64,000 bases of DNA from Eledone cirrhosa (Eukaryota). Both the position numbers and the translations under genes were made by a program. Within the stretch, counting starts at the first letter, position 1, and every line of letters starts with the position of its first letter. Positions 34,001 to 51,800 of the stretch are shown here, piece by piece. The stretch spans positions 74,028,001 to 74,092,000 of the forward strand of contig OZ024742.1 of NCBI GenBank assembly GCA_964016885.1, written 5' to 3'. The notes below the pieces were generated by a model that worked only from the letters and a program-made list of their open reading frames with translations, had not been told where the DNA came from and did no database searches.

Positions 34001-37000
34001 CACCATACCAGCACTGTCATCTTAACAGACACCATACCACTAATGTCACCTTAACACACACCATACCACTAATGTCACCTTAACACACAGCATACCACAA
34101 CTGTCACCTTAACACACAGCATACCACAACTGTCACCTTAACACACACCATACCACTACTGTCACCTTAACACACAGCATACCACAACTGTCACCTTAAC
34201 ACACAGCATACCACAACTGTCACCTTAACACACACCATACCACTAATGTCACCTTAACACACAGCATACCACAACTGTCACCTTAACACACAGCATACCA
34301 CAACTGTCACCTTAACACACACCATACCACTAATGTCACCTTAACACACAGCATACCACAACTGTCACCTTAACACACAGCATACCACAACTGTCACCTT
34401 AACACACACCATACCACCACTGTCACCTTAACACACAGCATACCACAACTGTCACCTTAACACACACCATACCACTACTGTCACCTTAACACACTCCATA
34501 CCACCACTGTCACCTTAACACACACCATACCACTAATGTCACCTTAACACACACCATACCACTAATGTCACCTTAACACACACCATACCACTACTGTCAC
34601 CTTAACACACAGCATACCACTACTGTCACCTTAACACACTCCATACCACCACTGTCACCTTAACACACACCATACCACCACTGTCACCTTAACACACACC
34701 ATACCACCACTGTCACCTTAACACACACCATACCACCACTGTCACCTTAACACACAGCATACCACTACTGTCACCTTAACACACACCATACCACCACTGT
34801 CACCTTAACACACACCATACCACCAATGTCACCTTAACACACACCATACCACTAATGTCACCTTAACACACACCATACCACCACTGTCACCTTAACACAC
34901 ACCATACCACTACTGTCACCTTAACACACACCATACCACTAATGTCACCTTAACACACACCATACCACCACTGTCACCTTAATACACACCATACCACCAC
35001 TGTCACCTTAACACATACCATACCACTACTGTCACCCTTAACACACACCATACCACCACTGTCACCTTAACACACACCATACCACCACTGTCACCTTAAC
35101 ACATACCATACCACTACTGTCACCCTTAACACACACCATACCACCACTGTCACCTTAACACACACCATACCACTACTGTCACCTTAACACACACCATACC
35201 ACTAATGTCACCTTAACACACAACATACCACTAATGTCACCTTAACACACACCATACCACCACTGTCACCTTAACACACACCATACCACCACTGTCACCT
35301 TAACACACACCATACTACAACTGTCACCTTAACACACACCATACCATTACTGTCACCTTAACACACACAATACTACAACTGTCACCTTAACACACACCAT
35401 ACCACTACTGTCACCTTAACACACACCATACCACCACTGTCACCTTAACACACACCATACCACCACTGTCACCTTAACACACACCATACCACTACTGTCA
35501 CCTTAACACACACCATACTACTACTGTCACCTTAACATACACCATACTACTACTGTCACCTTAACACACACCATACTACTACTGTCACCTTAACACACAC
35601 AATACTACAACTGTCACCTTAACACACACCATACCACTACTGTCACCTTAACACACAGACCATACCACTACTGTCACCTTAACACACACCATACTACTAC
35701 TGTCACCTTAACACACACCATACCACCACTGTCACCTTCACACACACCAGACTACAACTGTCACCTTAACACACACCATACCACCACTGTCACCTTAACA
35801 CACACCTACCACCACTGTCACCTTAACACACACCATACTACAACTGTCACCTTAACACACACCATACTACAACTGTCACCTTAACACACACCATACTACT
35901 ACTATCACCTTAACACACACCATACTACAACTGTCACCTTAACACACACCATACTACAACTCTCACCTTAACACACACCATACTACAACTCTCACCTTAA
36001 CACACACCATACTACAACTGTCACCTTAACACACAGCATACCACTACTGTCACCTTAACACACACCATACCACTACTGCCACATTAACACAAACCATACC
36101 ACTACTGTCACCTTAACACAAACCATACCACTACTGTCACCTTAACACACAGCATACCACTACTGTCACAATAACACACACCATACTACTACTGTCACCT
36201 TAACACACAGCATACCACAACTGTCACATTAACACAAACCATACCACTACTGTCACATTAACACAAACCATACCACTACTGTCACCTTAACACATACCAT
36301 ACCACTACTGTCACTTTAACACAAACCATACCAGTACTGTCACCTTAACACACACTCTACCACCACTGTCACATTAACACACGCCATACCACCACTGTCA
36401 CCTCAACACACACCATACCACTACTGTCACCTTAACACACACTCTACCACCACTGTCACATTAACACACGCCATACAACCACTGTCACCTTAACACACAC
36501 CATACCACTACTGTCACCTTAACACACAACATACCAGCACTGTCACCTTAACACACACCATACCACTACTGTCACCTTAACACACAATATACCACCACTG
36601 TCACCTTAACACACACCAACAATCACTGTCACCTTAACACACAGCATACCACCACTGTCACCTTAACACACAGCATACCACCTCTGTCACATTAACACAC
36701 ACCATACCACTACTGTCACCTTAACACATACCATACCACTACTGTCACTTTAACACAAACCATACCAGTACTGTCACCTTAACACACACTCTACCACCAC
36801 TGTCACATTAACACACGCCATACCACCACTGTCACCTTAACACACACCATACCACTATTGTCACCTTAACGCACACCATACCACTACTGTCATCTTAACA
36901 CACACCATACCACCACTGTCACCTTAACACACCATACCACCACTGTCACCTTAGCACACACCATACCACCACTGTCACCTTAACACACAGCATACTACTA

Positions 37001-39840
37001 CTGTCACATTAACACACACCATACCACTACTGTCACCTTAACACACACCATACCACCACTGTCACCTTAACACACACCATACCACTGATGTCACCTTAAC
37101 ACACTCCATACCACCACTGTCACCTTAACACTCACCATACCACTAATGTCACCTTAACACACACCATACCACTACTGTCACCTTAACACACACCATACCA
37201 GCACTGTCATCTAACAGACACCATACCACTACTGTCACCTTAACACACAGCATACCACCACTGTCACCTTAACACACAGCATACCACAACTGTCACCTTA
37301 ACACACAGCATACCACAACTGTCACCTTAACACACACCATACCACAACTGTCACCTTAACACACACCATACCACCACTGTCACCTTAACACACACCATAC
37401 CACCACTGTCACCTTAACACACAGCATACCACAACTGTCACCTTAACATACAACATACCACTACTGTCACCTTAACACACAGCATACCACTACTGTCACC
37501 TTAACATACAGCATACCACCACTGTCACCTTAACACACAGCATACCACAACTGTCACCTTAACACACAGCATACCACTACTGTCACCTTAACACACAGCA
37601 TACCACTACTGTCACCTTAACACACAGCATACCACTACTGTCACATTAACACACACCATACCACTACTGTCACCTTAACACACAGCCTACCACTACTGTC
37701 ACCTTAACACACTCCATACCCCCACTGTCACCTTAACACACACCATACCACCACTGTCACCTTAACACACACCATACCACCACTGTCACCTTAACACACA
37801 GCATACCACTACTGTCACCTTAACACACACCATACCACCACTGTCACCTTAACACACACCATACCACCACTGTCACCTTAACACACACCATACCACTAAT
37901 GTCACCTTAACACACACCATACCACCACTGTCACCTTAACACGCACCATACCACCACTGTCACCATAACACACACCATACCACTAATGTCACCTTAACAC
38001 ACACCATACCACCACTGTCACCTTAACAGACACCATACTACTACTGTCACCTTAACACACACCATACCACTACTGTCACCTTAACACACACAATACTACA
38101 ACTGTCACCTTAACACACTCCATACCACTACTGTCACCTTAACACACACCATACTACTACTGTCACCTTATCATACACCATACTACTACTGTCACCTTAA
38201 CACACACCATAATACTACTGTCACCTTAACACACACAATACTACAACTGTCACCTTAACACACACCATACCACTACTTTCACCTTAACACACACACCATA
38301 CTACAACTGTCACCTTAACACACACCATACTACTACTGTCACCTTAACACACACCATACCACCACTGTCACCTTAACACACACCATACTACAACTGTCAC
38401 ATTAACACACACCATACTACTACTGTCACCTTAACACACACCATACCACCACTGTCACCTTAACACACACCATACTACAACTGTCACCTTAACACACACC
38501 ATACTACTACTGTCTCCTTAACACACACCATGCCACCACTGTCACCTTAACACACACCATATTACAACTGTCACCTTAACACACACCATACCACTACTGC
38601 CACATTAACACAAACCATATCACTACTGTCACCTTAACACAAACCATACCACTACTGTCACGTTAACACAAACCATACCACTACTGTCACCTTAACACAC
38701 ACCATACCACCACTGTCGCCTTAACACACACCATACTACTACTGTCACATTAACACAAACCATACCACTACTGTCACCTTAACACAAACCATACTACAAC
38801 TGTCACCTTAACACACACCATACCACCACTGTCGCCTTAACACACACCATACCACCACTGTCGCCTTAACACACACCATACCACCGCTGGCACCTTAATA
38901 CACATCATAGCACTACTGACAGTCTAACATACATTATACTACAATTGTCACCTTAACACACACCATACCACTACTGTCACCTTAACACACAACATACCAG
39001 CACTGTCATCTTAACACACACCAACAATCACTGTCACCTTAACACACAGCATACCACCACTGTCAGCTTAACACACACCATACCACTACTGTCACATTAA
39101 CACACACCATACCACTACTGTCACCTTAACACACAGCATACCACTACTGTCACCTTAACACACACAATACCACTAATGTCACCTTAACACACAACATACC
39201 ACTAATGTCACCTTAACACACACCATACCACTACTGACACCTTAACACACACCATACCAGTACTATCACCTTAACACACACCATACAACTACTGTCACCT
39301 TAACACACACCATACCACTACTGTCACCATAACACACTCCATAACACCACTGTCACCTTTACTCACACCATACCACTAATGTCACCTTAACACACACCAT
39401 ACCACTACTGTCACCTTAACACACAACATACCACCACTGTCACTTTAACACACACCATACCACTACTGTCACCTTAACACACAGCATACGACTACTGTCA
39501 CCTTAACACACAGCATACCACAACTGTCACCTTAACACACACCATACCACAACTGTCACCTTAACACACACCATACCACCACTGTCACCTTAACAGACAC
39601 CATACCACCACTGTCACCTTAACACACACCATACCACCACTGTCACCTTAACACACAGCATACCACAACTGTCACCTTAACATACAACATACCACTACTG
39701 TCACCTTAACACACAGCATACCACTACTGTCACCTTAACATACAGCATACCACCACTGTCACCTTAACACACAGCATACCACAACTGTCACCTTAACACA
39801 CAGCATACCACTACTGTCACCTTAACACACAGCATACCAC
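28020..39840 (+). repeat. Copy 2 of the large internal segmental duplication of Sat29 (offset 23,065-24,106 bp)
   Basis: Same ordered rare-variant monomers as 3640-15750; the offset grows mostly in multiples of 29 (23065, 23326, 23355, 23471, then 24106). Confidence 0.9.
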
Positions 39841-42800
39841 TACTGTCACCTTAACACACACCATACCACTACTGTCACCTTAACACACACCATACCACCA
39901 CTGTCACCTTAACACACACCATACCACTGATGTCACCTTAACACATTCCATACCACCACTGTCACCTTAACACACACCATACCACCACTGTCACCTTAAC
40001 ACACAGCATACCACAACTGTCACCTTAACACACAGCATACCACAACTGTCACCTTAACACACACCATACCACAACTGTCACCTTAACACACACCATACCA
40101 CCACTGTCACCTTAACAGACACCATACCACCACTGTCACCTTAACACACAGCATACCACAACTGTCACCTTAACATACACCATACCACTACTGTCACCTT
40201 AACACACAGCATACCACTACTGTCACCTTAACATACAGCATGCCACCACTGTCACCTTAACACACAGCATACCACAACTGTCACCTTAACACACAGCATA
40301 CCACTACTGTCACCTTAACACACAGCATACCACTACTGTCACCTTAACACACTCCATACACCCACTGTCACCTTAACACACACCATACCACCACTGTCAC
40401 CTTAACACACACCATACCACCACTGTCACCTTAACACACAGCATACCACTACTGTCACCTTAACACACACCATACCACCACTGTCACCTTAACACACACC
40501 ATACCACCACTGTCACCTTAACACACACCATACCACTAATGTCACCTTAACACACACCATACCACCACTGTCACCTTAACACACACCATACCACCACTGT
40601 CACCTTAACACACACCATACCACTAATGTCACCTTAACACACACCATACCACCACTGTCACATTAACACGTACCATACCACCACTCTCACCTTCAAACAC
40701 ACCATACCACCACTGTCACCTTAACACACACCATACCACCAGTGTCACCTTAACACACACCATACCACTACTGTCACCTTAACACACAGCATACCACTAC
40801 TGTCATATTAACACACACACCATACCACTACTGTCACATTAACACACACCATACCACTAATGTCACTTTAACACACACCATACCACCACTGTCACCTTAA
40901 CACACACCATACCATTACTGTCACCTTAACACACACCATACCACTACTGTCACCTTAACACACACCATTCACAACTGTCACATTAACACACTCCATACCA
41001 CCACTGTCACCTTAACACACACCATACTACTACTGTCACCTTAACACACAACATACTACAACTGTCACCTTAACACACACCATACCACTACTGTCACCTT
41101 ACACACACCATACCACCACTGTCACCTTAACACACACCATACCACTACTGTCACATTAACACACTCCATACCACCACTGTCACCTCAACACACACCATAC
41201 TACAACTGTCACCTTAACACACACCATACTACTACTGTCACATTAACACACACCATCCCACTACTGTCATCTTAACACACTCCATACCACAACTGTCACC
41301 TTAACACACACCATACCACTACTGTCACCTTAACACACAACATACTACAACTGTCACCTTAACACACTCCATACCACAACTGTCACCTTAACACACACCA
41401 TACCACTACTGTCACCTTAACACACACCAAACCACCACTGTCACCTTAACACACACCATACTACTACTCTCACCTTAACACACACCATACTACTACTGTC
41501 ACCTTAACATACACCATACTACTACTGTCACCTTAACACACACCATACTACTACTGTCACCTTAACACACACAATTCTACAACTGTCACCTTAACACACA
41601 CCATACCACTACTGTCACCTTAACACACACACCATACTACAACTGTCACCTTAACACACACCATACTACTACTGTCACCTTAACACACACCATACCACCA
41701 CTGTCACCTTAACACACACCATACTACAACTGTCACCTTAACACACACCATACTACTACTGTCACCTTAACACACACCATGCCACCACTGTCACCTTAAC
41801 ACACACCATACTACAACTCTCACCTTAACACACACCATACCACTACTGCCACATTAACACAAACCATACCACTACTGTCACCTTAACACAAACCATACCA
41901 CTACTGTCATGTTAACACAAACCATACCACTACTGTCACCTTAACACAAACCATACCACTACTGTCACCTTAACACACACCATACCACCACTGTCGCCTT
42001 AACACACACCATACTGCTACTGTCACATTAACACAAACCATACCACTACTGTCACCTTAAGACAAACCATACTACAACTGTCACCTTAACACACACCATA
42101 CCACCACTGTCGCCTTAACACACACCATACCACCACTGTCGCCTTAACACACACCATACCACCGCTGGCACCTTAATACACATCATAGCACTACTGACAG
42201 TCTAACATACATCATACTACAATTGTCACCTTAACACACACCATACCACTACTGTCACCTTAACACACAACATACCAGCACTGTCACCTTAACACACACC
42301 AACAATCACTGTCACCTTAACACACAGCATACCACCACTGTCACCTTAACACACACCATACCACTACTGTCACATTAACACACACCATACCACTACTGTC
42401 ACCTTAACACACAGCATACCACTACTGTCACCTTAACACACACCATACCACTAATGTCACCTTAACACACACCATACCACTAATGTCACCTTAACACACA
42501 CCATACCACTACTGACACCTTAACACACACCATACCAGTACTATCACCTTAACACACACCATACCACTACTGTCACCATAACACACTCCATAACACCACT
42601 GTCACCTTTACTCACACCATACCACTGATGTCACCTTAACACACACCATACCACTACTGTCACCTTAACACACAACATACCACCACTGTCACTTTAACAC
42701 ACACCATACCACTACTGTCACCTCAACACCCACATACCACTACTGTCACCTTAACACACTCCATACCACCACTGTCACCTTAACACACACCATACCACCA

Positions 42801-45800
42801 CTGTCACCTTAACACACACCATACCACCACTGTCACCTTAACACACACCATACCACCACTGTCACCTTAACACACAGCATACCACTACTGTCACCTTAAC
42901 ACACACCATACCACCACTGTCACCTTAACACACAGCATACCACTACTGTCACGTTAACACACACCATACCACTACTGTCACCTTAACACACAGCATACCA
43001 CTACTGTCACCTTAACACACTCCATACCACCACTGTCACCTTAACACACACCATACCACTAATGTCACCTTAACACACACCATACCACTACTGTCACCTT
43101 AACACACACCATACCAGCACTGTCATGTAACAGACAGCATACCACCACTGTCACCTTAACACACAGCATACCACAACTGTCACCTTAACACACAGCATAC
43201 CACAACTGTCACCTTAACACACAGCATACCACAACTGTCACCTTAACACACACCATACCACCACTGTCACCTTAACAGACACCATACCACCACTGTCACC
43301 TTAACACACACCATACCACCACTGTCACCTTAACACACAGCATACAACAACTGTCACCTTAACACACACCATACCACTACTGTCACCTTAACACACAGCA
43401 TACCACTACTGTCACCTTAACATACAGCATACCACCACTGTCACCTTAACACACAGCATACCACAACTGTCACCTTAACACACAGCATACCACAACTGTC
43501 ACCTTAACACACAGCATACCACAACTGTCACCTTAACACACACCATACCACTACTGTCACCTTAACACACAGCATACCACTACTGTCACCTTAACACACA
43601 CCATACTACTACTGTCACCTTAACACACACCATACCACTACTGTCACCTTAACACACACCATACCACTACTGTCACCTTAACACACACCATACCACTACT
43701 GTCACCTTAATACACACCATACCACTACTGTCACATTAACACACACCATACCACTACTGTCACCTTAACACACAGCATACCACTACTGTCACCTTAACAC
43801 ACAGCATACCACAACTGTCACCTTAACACACACCATACCACCACTGTCACCTTAACACACACCATACCACCACTGTCACCTTAACACACAGCATACCACA
43901 ACTGTCACCTTAACACACAGCATACCACAACTGTCACCTTAACACACAGCATACCACTACTGTCACCTTAACACACACCATACCACCACTGTCACCTTAA
44001 CAGACACCATACCACCACTGTCACCTTAACACACACCATACTACTACTGTCACCTTAACACACACCATACCACCACTGTCACCTTAACAGACACCATACC
44101 ACCACTGTCACCTTAACACACACCATACCACTACTGTCACCTTAACACACACCATACCACCACTGTCACCTTAACAGACACCATACCACCACTGTCACCT
44201 TAACACACACCATACCACTACTGTCACCTTAACACACACCATACCACCACTGTCACCTTAACACACACCATGCCACCACTGTCACCTTAACACACACCAT
44301 ACCACCACTGTCACCTTAACACACACCATACCACTAATGACACCTTAACACACACCATACCACTACTGTCACCTTAACACACACCATACCACTACTGTCA
44401 CCTTAACACACACCATAATACTACTGCCACCTTAACACACACCATACTACTACTGACACCTTAACACACACCATACCACCACTGTCACCTTAACACACAC
44501 CATACCACCACTGTCACCTTAACACACACCATGCCACCACTGTCACCTTAACACACACCATACCACTACTGTCACCTTAACACACACCATACCACTACTG
44601 ACACCTTAACACACACCATACCACCACTGTCACCTTAACACACACCATACCACTACTGTCACCTTAACACACAGCATACCACTACTGTCACCTTAACATA
44701 CACCATACCACTACTGCCACCTTAACACACACCATACCACCACTGTCACCTTAACACACAGCATACCACTACTGTCACCTTAACACACACCATACCACTA
44801 CTGCCACCTTAACACACACCATACCACTACTGCCACCTTAACACACACCATACCACTACTGTCACCTTAACACACACCATACCACTACTGCCACCTTAAC
44901 ACACACCATACTACTACTGTCACCTTAACAAACACCATACCACTACTGTCACCTTAACATACACCATAATACTACTGCCACCTTAACACACACCATACCA
45001 CTACTGTCACCTTAACACACACCAAACCACTACTGTCACCTTAACACACACCATACCACTACTGTCACCTTAACACACACCATACCACCACTGTCACCTT
45101 AACACACACCATACCACTACTGTCACCTTAACATACACCATACCACTACTGTCACCTTAACACACACCATACCACCACTGTCACCTTAACACACACCATA
45201 CCACTACTGCCACCTTAACACACACCATACCACTACTGTCACCTTAACACACACCATACCACTACTGCCACCTTAACACACACCATACCACTACTGCCAC
45301 CTTAACAGACACCATACTACTACTGTCACCTTAACACACACCATACCACTACTGTCACCTTAACACACACCATACCACTACTGTCACCTTAACACACACC
45401 ATACCACTACTGCCACCTTAACACACACCATACCACTACTGTCACCTTAACACACACCATACCACTACTGTCACCTTAACATACACCATACCACTACTGT
45501 CACCTTAACACACACCATACCACCACTGTCACCTTAACACACACCATACCACTACTGCCACCTTAACACACACCATACCACTACTGTCACCTTAACACAC
45601 ACCATACCACTACTGCCACCTTAACACACACCATACCACTACTGCCACCTTAACAGACACCATACTACTACTGTCACCTTAACACACACCATACCACTAC
45701 TGTCACCTTAACACACACCATACCACTACTGTCACCTTAACACACACCATACTACTACTGTCACCTTAACACACACCATACCACTACTGTCACCTTAACA

Positions 45801-48800
45801 CACACCATACCACTACTGCCACCTTAACAGACACCATACTACTACTGTCACCTTAACACACACCATACCACTACTGCCACCTTAACACACACCATACCAC
45901 TACTGTCACCTTAACACACACCATACCACTACTGTCACCTTAACACACACCATACCACTACTGTCACCTTAACACACACCATACTACTACTGTCACCTTA
46001 ACACACACCATACCACTACTGTCACATTAACACACACCATACCACCACTGTCACCTTAACACACACCATACCACTACTGCCACCTTAACACACACCATAC
46101 CACTACTGCCACCTTAACACACACCATACCACTACTGCCACCTTAACACACACCATACCACTACTGCCACCTTAACACACACCATACCACTACTGCCACC
46201 TTAACACACACCATACCACTACTGCCACCTTAACACACACCATACCACTACTGTCACCTTAACACACACCATACCACTACTGTCACCTTAACACACACCA
46301 TACCACTACTGCCACCTTAACACACACCATACTACTACTGTCACCTTAACATACACCATACCACTACTGTCACCTTAACATACACCATACTACTCCTGTC
46401 ACCTTAACACACACCATGCCACCACTGTCACCTTAACACACACCATACCACCACTGTCACCTTAACACACACCATACCACTACTGTCACCTTAACACACA
46501 CCATACCACTACTGTCACCTTAACACACAGCATACCACAACTGTCACCTTAACATACACCATACCACCACTGTCACCTTAACACACACCATACCACCACT
46601 GTCACCTTAACACACACCATACCACTACTGTCACCTTAACACACACCATACTACTCCTGTCACCTTAACACACACCATGCCACCACTGTCACCTTAACAC
46701 ACACCATACTACAACTCTCACCTTAACACACACCATTCCACTACTGCCACATTAACACAAATCATACCACTACTGTCACATTAACACAAACCATACCACT
46801 ACTGTCACGTTAACACAAACCATACCACTACTGTCACCTTAACACAAACCATACCACTACTGTCACCTTAACACACACCATACCACCACTGTAGCCTTAA
46901 CACACACCATACTACTACTGTCACATTAACACAAACAATACCACTACTGTCACCTTAACACAGACCATACAACCACTGTCGCCTTAACACACACCATACC
47001 ACCACTGTCGCCTTAACACACACCATACCACCGCTGGCACCTTAATACACATCATAGCACTACTGACAGTCTAACATACATCATACTACAATTGTCACCT
47101 TAACACACACCATACCACTACTGTCACCTTAACACACAACATTCCAGCACTGTCACCTTAACACACACCAACAATCACTGTCACCTTAACACACAGCATA
47201 CCACCACTGTCACCTTAACACACAGCATACCACTACTGTCACATTAACACACACCATACCACTACTGTCACCTTAACACACAGCATACCACTACTGTCAC
47301 CTTAACACACACCATACCACTATTGACACCTTAACACACACCGTACCACTAATGTCACCTTAAAACACACCATACCACTACTGTCACCTTAACACACACC
47401 ATACCACTACTGTCACCATAACACACTCCATAACACCACTGTCACCTTTACACACACCATACCACTACTGTCACCTTAACACACAGCATACCACTACTGT
47501 AACCTTAACACACACCATACCACTAATGTCACCTTAACACACACCATACCACTAATGTCACCTTAACACACACCATACCACTACTGTCACCATAACACAC
47601 ACCATACCATAACTGTCACCTTAACACACACCATACCACTAATGTGACCTTAACACACACCATACCACAACTGTCACCTTAACACACACCATACCACTAC
47701 TGTCACCTTAACACACAACATACCACCACTGTCACCTTAACACACACCATACTACAACTGTCACCTTAACACACACCATACTACTACTGTCACATTAACA
47801 CACACCATCCCACTACTGTCATCTTAACACACTCCATACCACAACTGTCACCTTAACACACACCATACCACTACTGTCACCTTAACACACACCAAACCAC
47901 CACTGTCACCTTAACACACACCATACTACTACTGTCACCTTAACACACACCATACTACTTCTGTCACCTTAACACACACCATACCACCACTGTCACCTTA
48001 ACACACACCATACTACTACTGTCACCTTAACACACACCATACCACTACTGTCACCTTAACACACACCATACCACCACTGTCACCTTAACACACACCATAC
48101 TACTACTGTCACCTTAACACACAACATACTACAACTGTCACCTTAACACACACCATACCACTACTGTCACCTTACACACACCATACCACCACTGTCACCT
48201 TAACACACACCATACTACTACTGTCACATTAACACACACCATCCCACTACTGTCATCTTAACACACACCATACCACCACTGTCACCTTAACACACACCAT
48301 ACCACCACTGTCATCTTAACACATTCCATACCACAACTGTCACCTTAACACACACCATACCACTACTGTCACCTTAACACACACCATACCACCACTGTCA
48401 CCTTAACACACACCATACTACAACTGTCACCTTAACACACACCATACCACCACTGTCACCTTAACACATGCCAAACCACCACTGTCACCTTAACACACAA
48501 CATACCACCACTGTCACCTTAACACACACCACACCACCACTGTCACCTTAACACACACACCATACCAGCGCTGTCACCTTAACACACACCATACCACAAC
48601 TGTCACCTTAACACACACCATACCACCACTGTCACGTTAACACACACACCATACCAGCGCTGTCACCTTAACAGACACCATACCACTACTGTCACCTAAA
48701 CACTCACCATACAACTACTGTCACCTTAACACACACCATACCACTAATGTCACTTTAACACACAACATACCACAACTGTCACCTTAACACACACCATACC

Positions 48801-51800
48801 ACTACTGTCACCTTAACACACACCATACAACCACTGTCACCTTAACACACAACATACTACAACTGTCACCTTAACACACACCATACCACAACTGTCACCT
48901 TAACACACACCATACCACAACTGTCACCTTAACACACTATACCACCACTGTCACATTAACAGACACCATACCACTATTGTCACCTTAACACACACCATAC
49001 CACTACTGTCACCTTAACACACTATACCACCACTGTCACATTAACAGACACCATACCACTACTGTCACTTTAACACACACTATACTACAACTGTCACCTT
49101 AACACATACTATACCACAACTGTCACATTAACACACACCATACCACTACTGTCACCTTAATACACACCATACCACCACTGTCACATTAACACACACCATA
49201 CCACTACTGTGTCCTTAACACACGCCTTACCACTACTCTCACCTTAACACACACCCTACCACTACTGTCACCTTAACACACACCATACCACCACTGTCAC
49301 CTTAACACACACCCTACCACTACTGTCACCTTAACACACACCATACCACTACTGTCACCTTAACAAACAACATACCACCACTGTCACCTTAACACACACT
49401 ATACCACTACTGTCACCTTAACACACACCATACCACCACTCTCACCTTAACACACACCAAACTACTACTGTCACCTTAACACACACCATACTACTACTGT
49501 CACCTTAACACATACCATACCACTACTGTTACCAGAACACACACCATACTACTACTGTCACCTTAAAACACATCATACCACTACTGTCACCTTAACACAC
49601 ACCATACTACAACTGTCACCTTAACACACAGCATACCACCACTGTCACCTTAACACACACAATACCACTACTGTTACCTTAACACACACCATACCACCAC
49701 TGTAGCCTTAACACACACCATACCACCACTGTCACCTTAACACACAGCATACCACAACTGTCACATTAACACAAACCATACCACTACTTTCACATTAACA
49801 CAAACCATACCACTACTGTCACCTTAACACATACCATACCACTACTGTCACATTAACACACACCATACCACTACTGTCACATTAATAGACACCATACCAT
49901 CACTGTCACCTTAACACACACCATACCACTTCTGTCACTTTAACACACCATACCACTACTGTCACATTAACACACACCATACCACTACTGTCACATTAAT
50001 ACACACCATACCACCACTGTCACCTGAACACACACCATACCACCACTTTCACCTTAACACACACCATACAACCACTGTCACATTAACACACACCATACCA
50101 CCACTGTCACCTTAACACACACCATACCACCACTGTCACCTGAACACACACCATACCACCAATTTCACCTTAACACACAGCATACCACTACTGTCACCTT
50201 AACACACACCATACCACTACTGTCACCTTAACACACACCATACCACTACTGTCACCTTAACACACACCATACCACTACTGTCACCTTAACACACACCATA
50301 CAACAACTGTCACTTTAACACACACCATACTACTACTGTCACATTAACACACCATACCACTACTGTCACCTTAACACACACGATACTATTACTGTCACCT
50401 TAACACACACCATACTACTACTGTCACCTTAACACACACACCATACCAGCGCTGTCACCTTAACACACACCATACCACAACTGTCACCTTAACACACACC
50501 ATACCACCACTGTCACCTTAACACACACACCATACCAGCGCTGTCACCTTAACACACACCATACCACTACTGTCACCTAAACACTCACCATACAACTACT
50601 GTCACCTTAACACACACCATACCACTAATGTCACTTTAACACACAACATACCACAACTGTCACCTTAACACACACCATACCACCACTGTCACCTTAACAC
50701 ACGCACCATACCACTACTGTCACCTTAACACACACCATACAACCACTGTCACCTTAACACACAACATACTACAACTGTCACCTTAACACACACCATACCA
50801 CAACTGTCACCTTAACACACACCATACCACAACTGTCACCTTAACAGACACCATACCACTATTGTCACCTTAACACACACCATACTACAACTGTCACCTT
50901 AACACACACCATACCACTACTGTCACCTTAACACACTATACCACCACTGTCACATTAACAGACACCATACCACTACTGTCACTTTAACACACACTATACT
51001 ACAACTGTCACCTTAACACATACTATACCACAACTGTCACCTTAACACACACCATACCACTACTGTCACCTTAACACACCATACCACCACTGTCATATTA
51101 ACACACACCATACCACTACTGTCACCTTAATACACACCATACCACCACTGTCACATTAACACATACCATACCACTACTGTCACCTTAACACACGCCTTAC
51201 CACTACTCTCACCTTAACACACACCCTACCACTACTGTCACCTTAACACACACCATACCACCACTGTCACCTTAACACATACCATACTACAACTGTCACC
51301 TTAACACACACCATACCACCACTGGCACCTTAACACACACCAAACCACCACTGTCACCTTAACACACAACATACCACCACTGTAACGTTAACACACACAC
51401 CATACCAGCGCTGTCACCTTAACACACACCATACTACTACTGTCACCTTAACACACACCATACTACTACTGTCACCTTAACACACACACCATACCACTAC
51501 TGTCAAATTAACACACACCAAACCACCACTGTCACCTTAACACACACTATACCACAACTGTCACCTTAACACACACCATACCACCATTGTCACCTTAACA
51601 CACACACCATACCAGCGCTGTCACCTTAACACACACCATACCACAACTGTCACCTTAACACACACCATACCACCACTGTCACGTTAACACACACACCATA
51701 CCAGCGCTGTCACCTTAACACACACCATACCACTACTGTCACCTAAACACTCACCATACAACTACTGTCACCTTAACACACACCATACCACTAATGTCAC

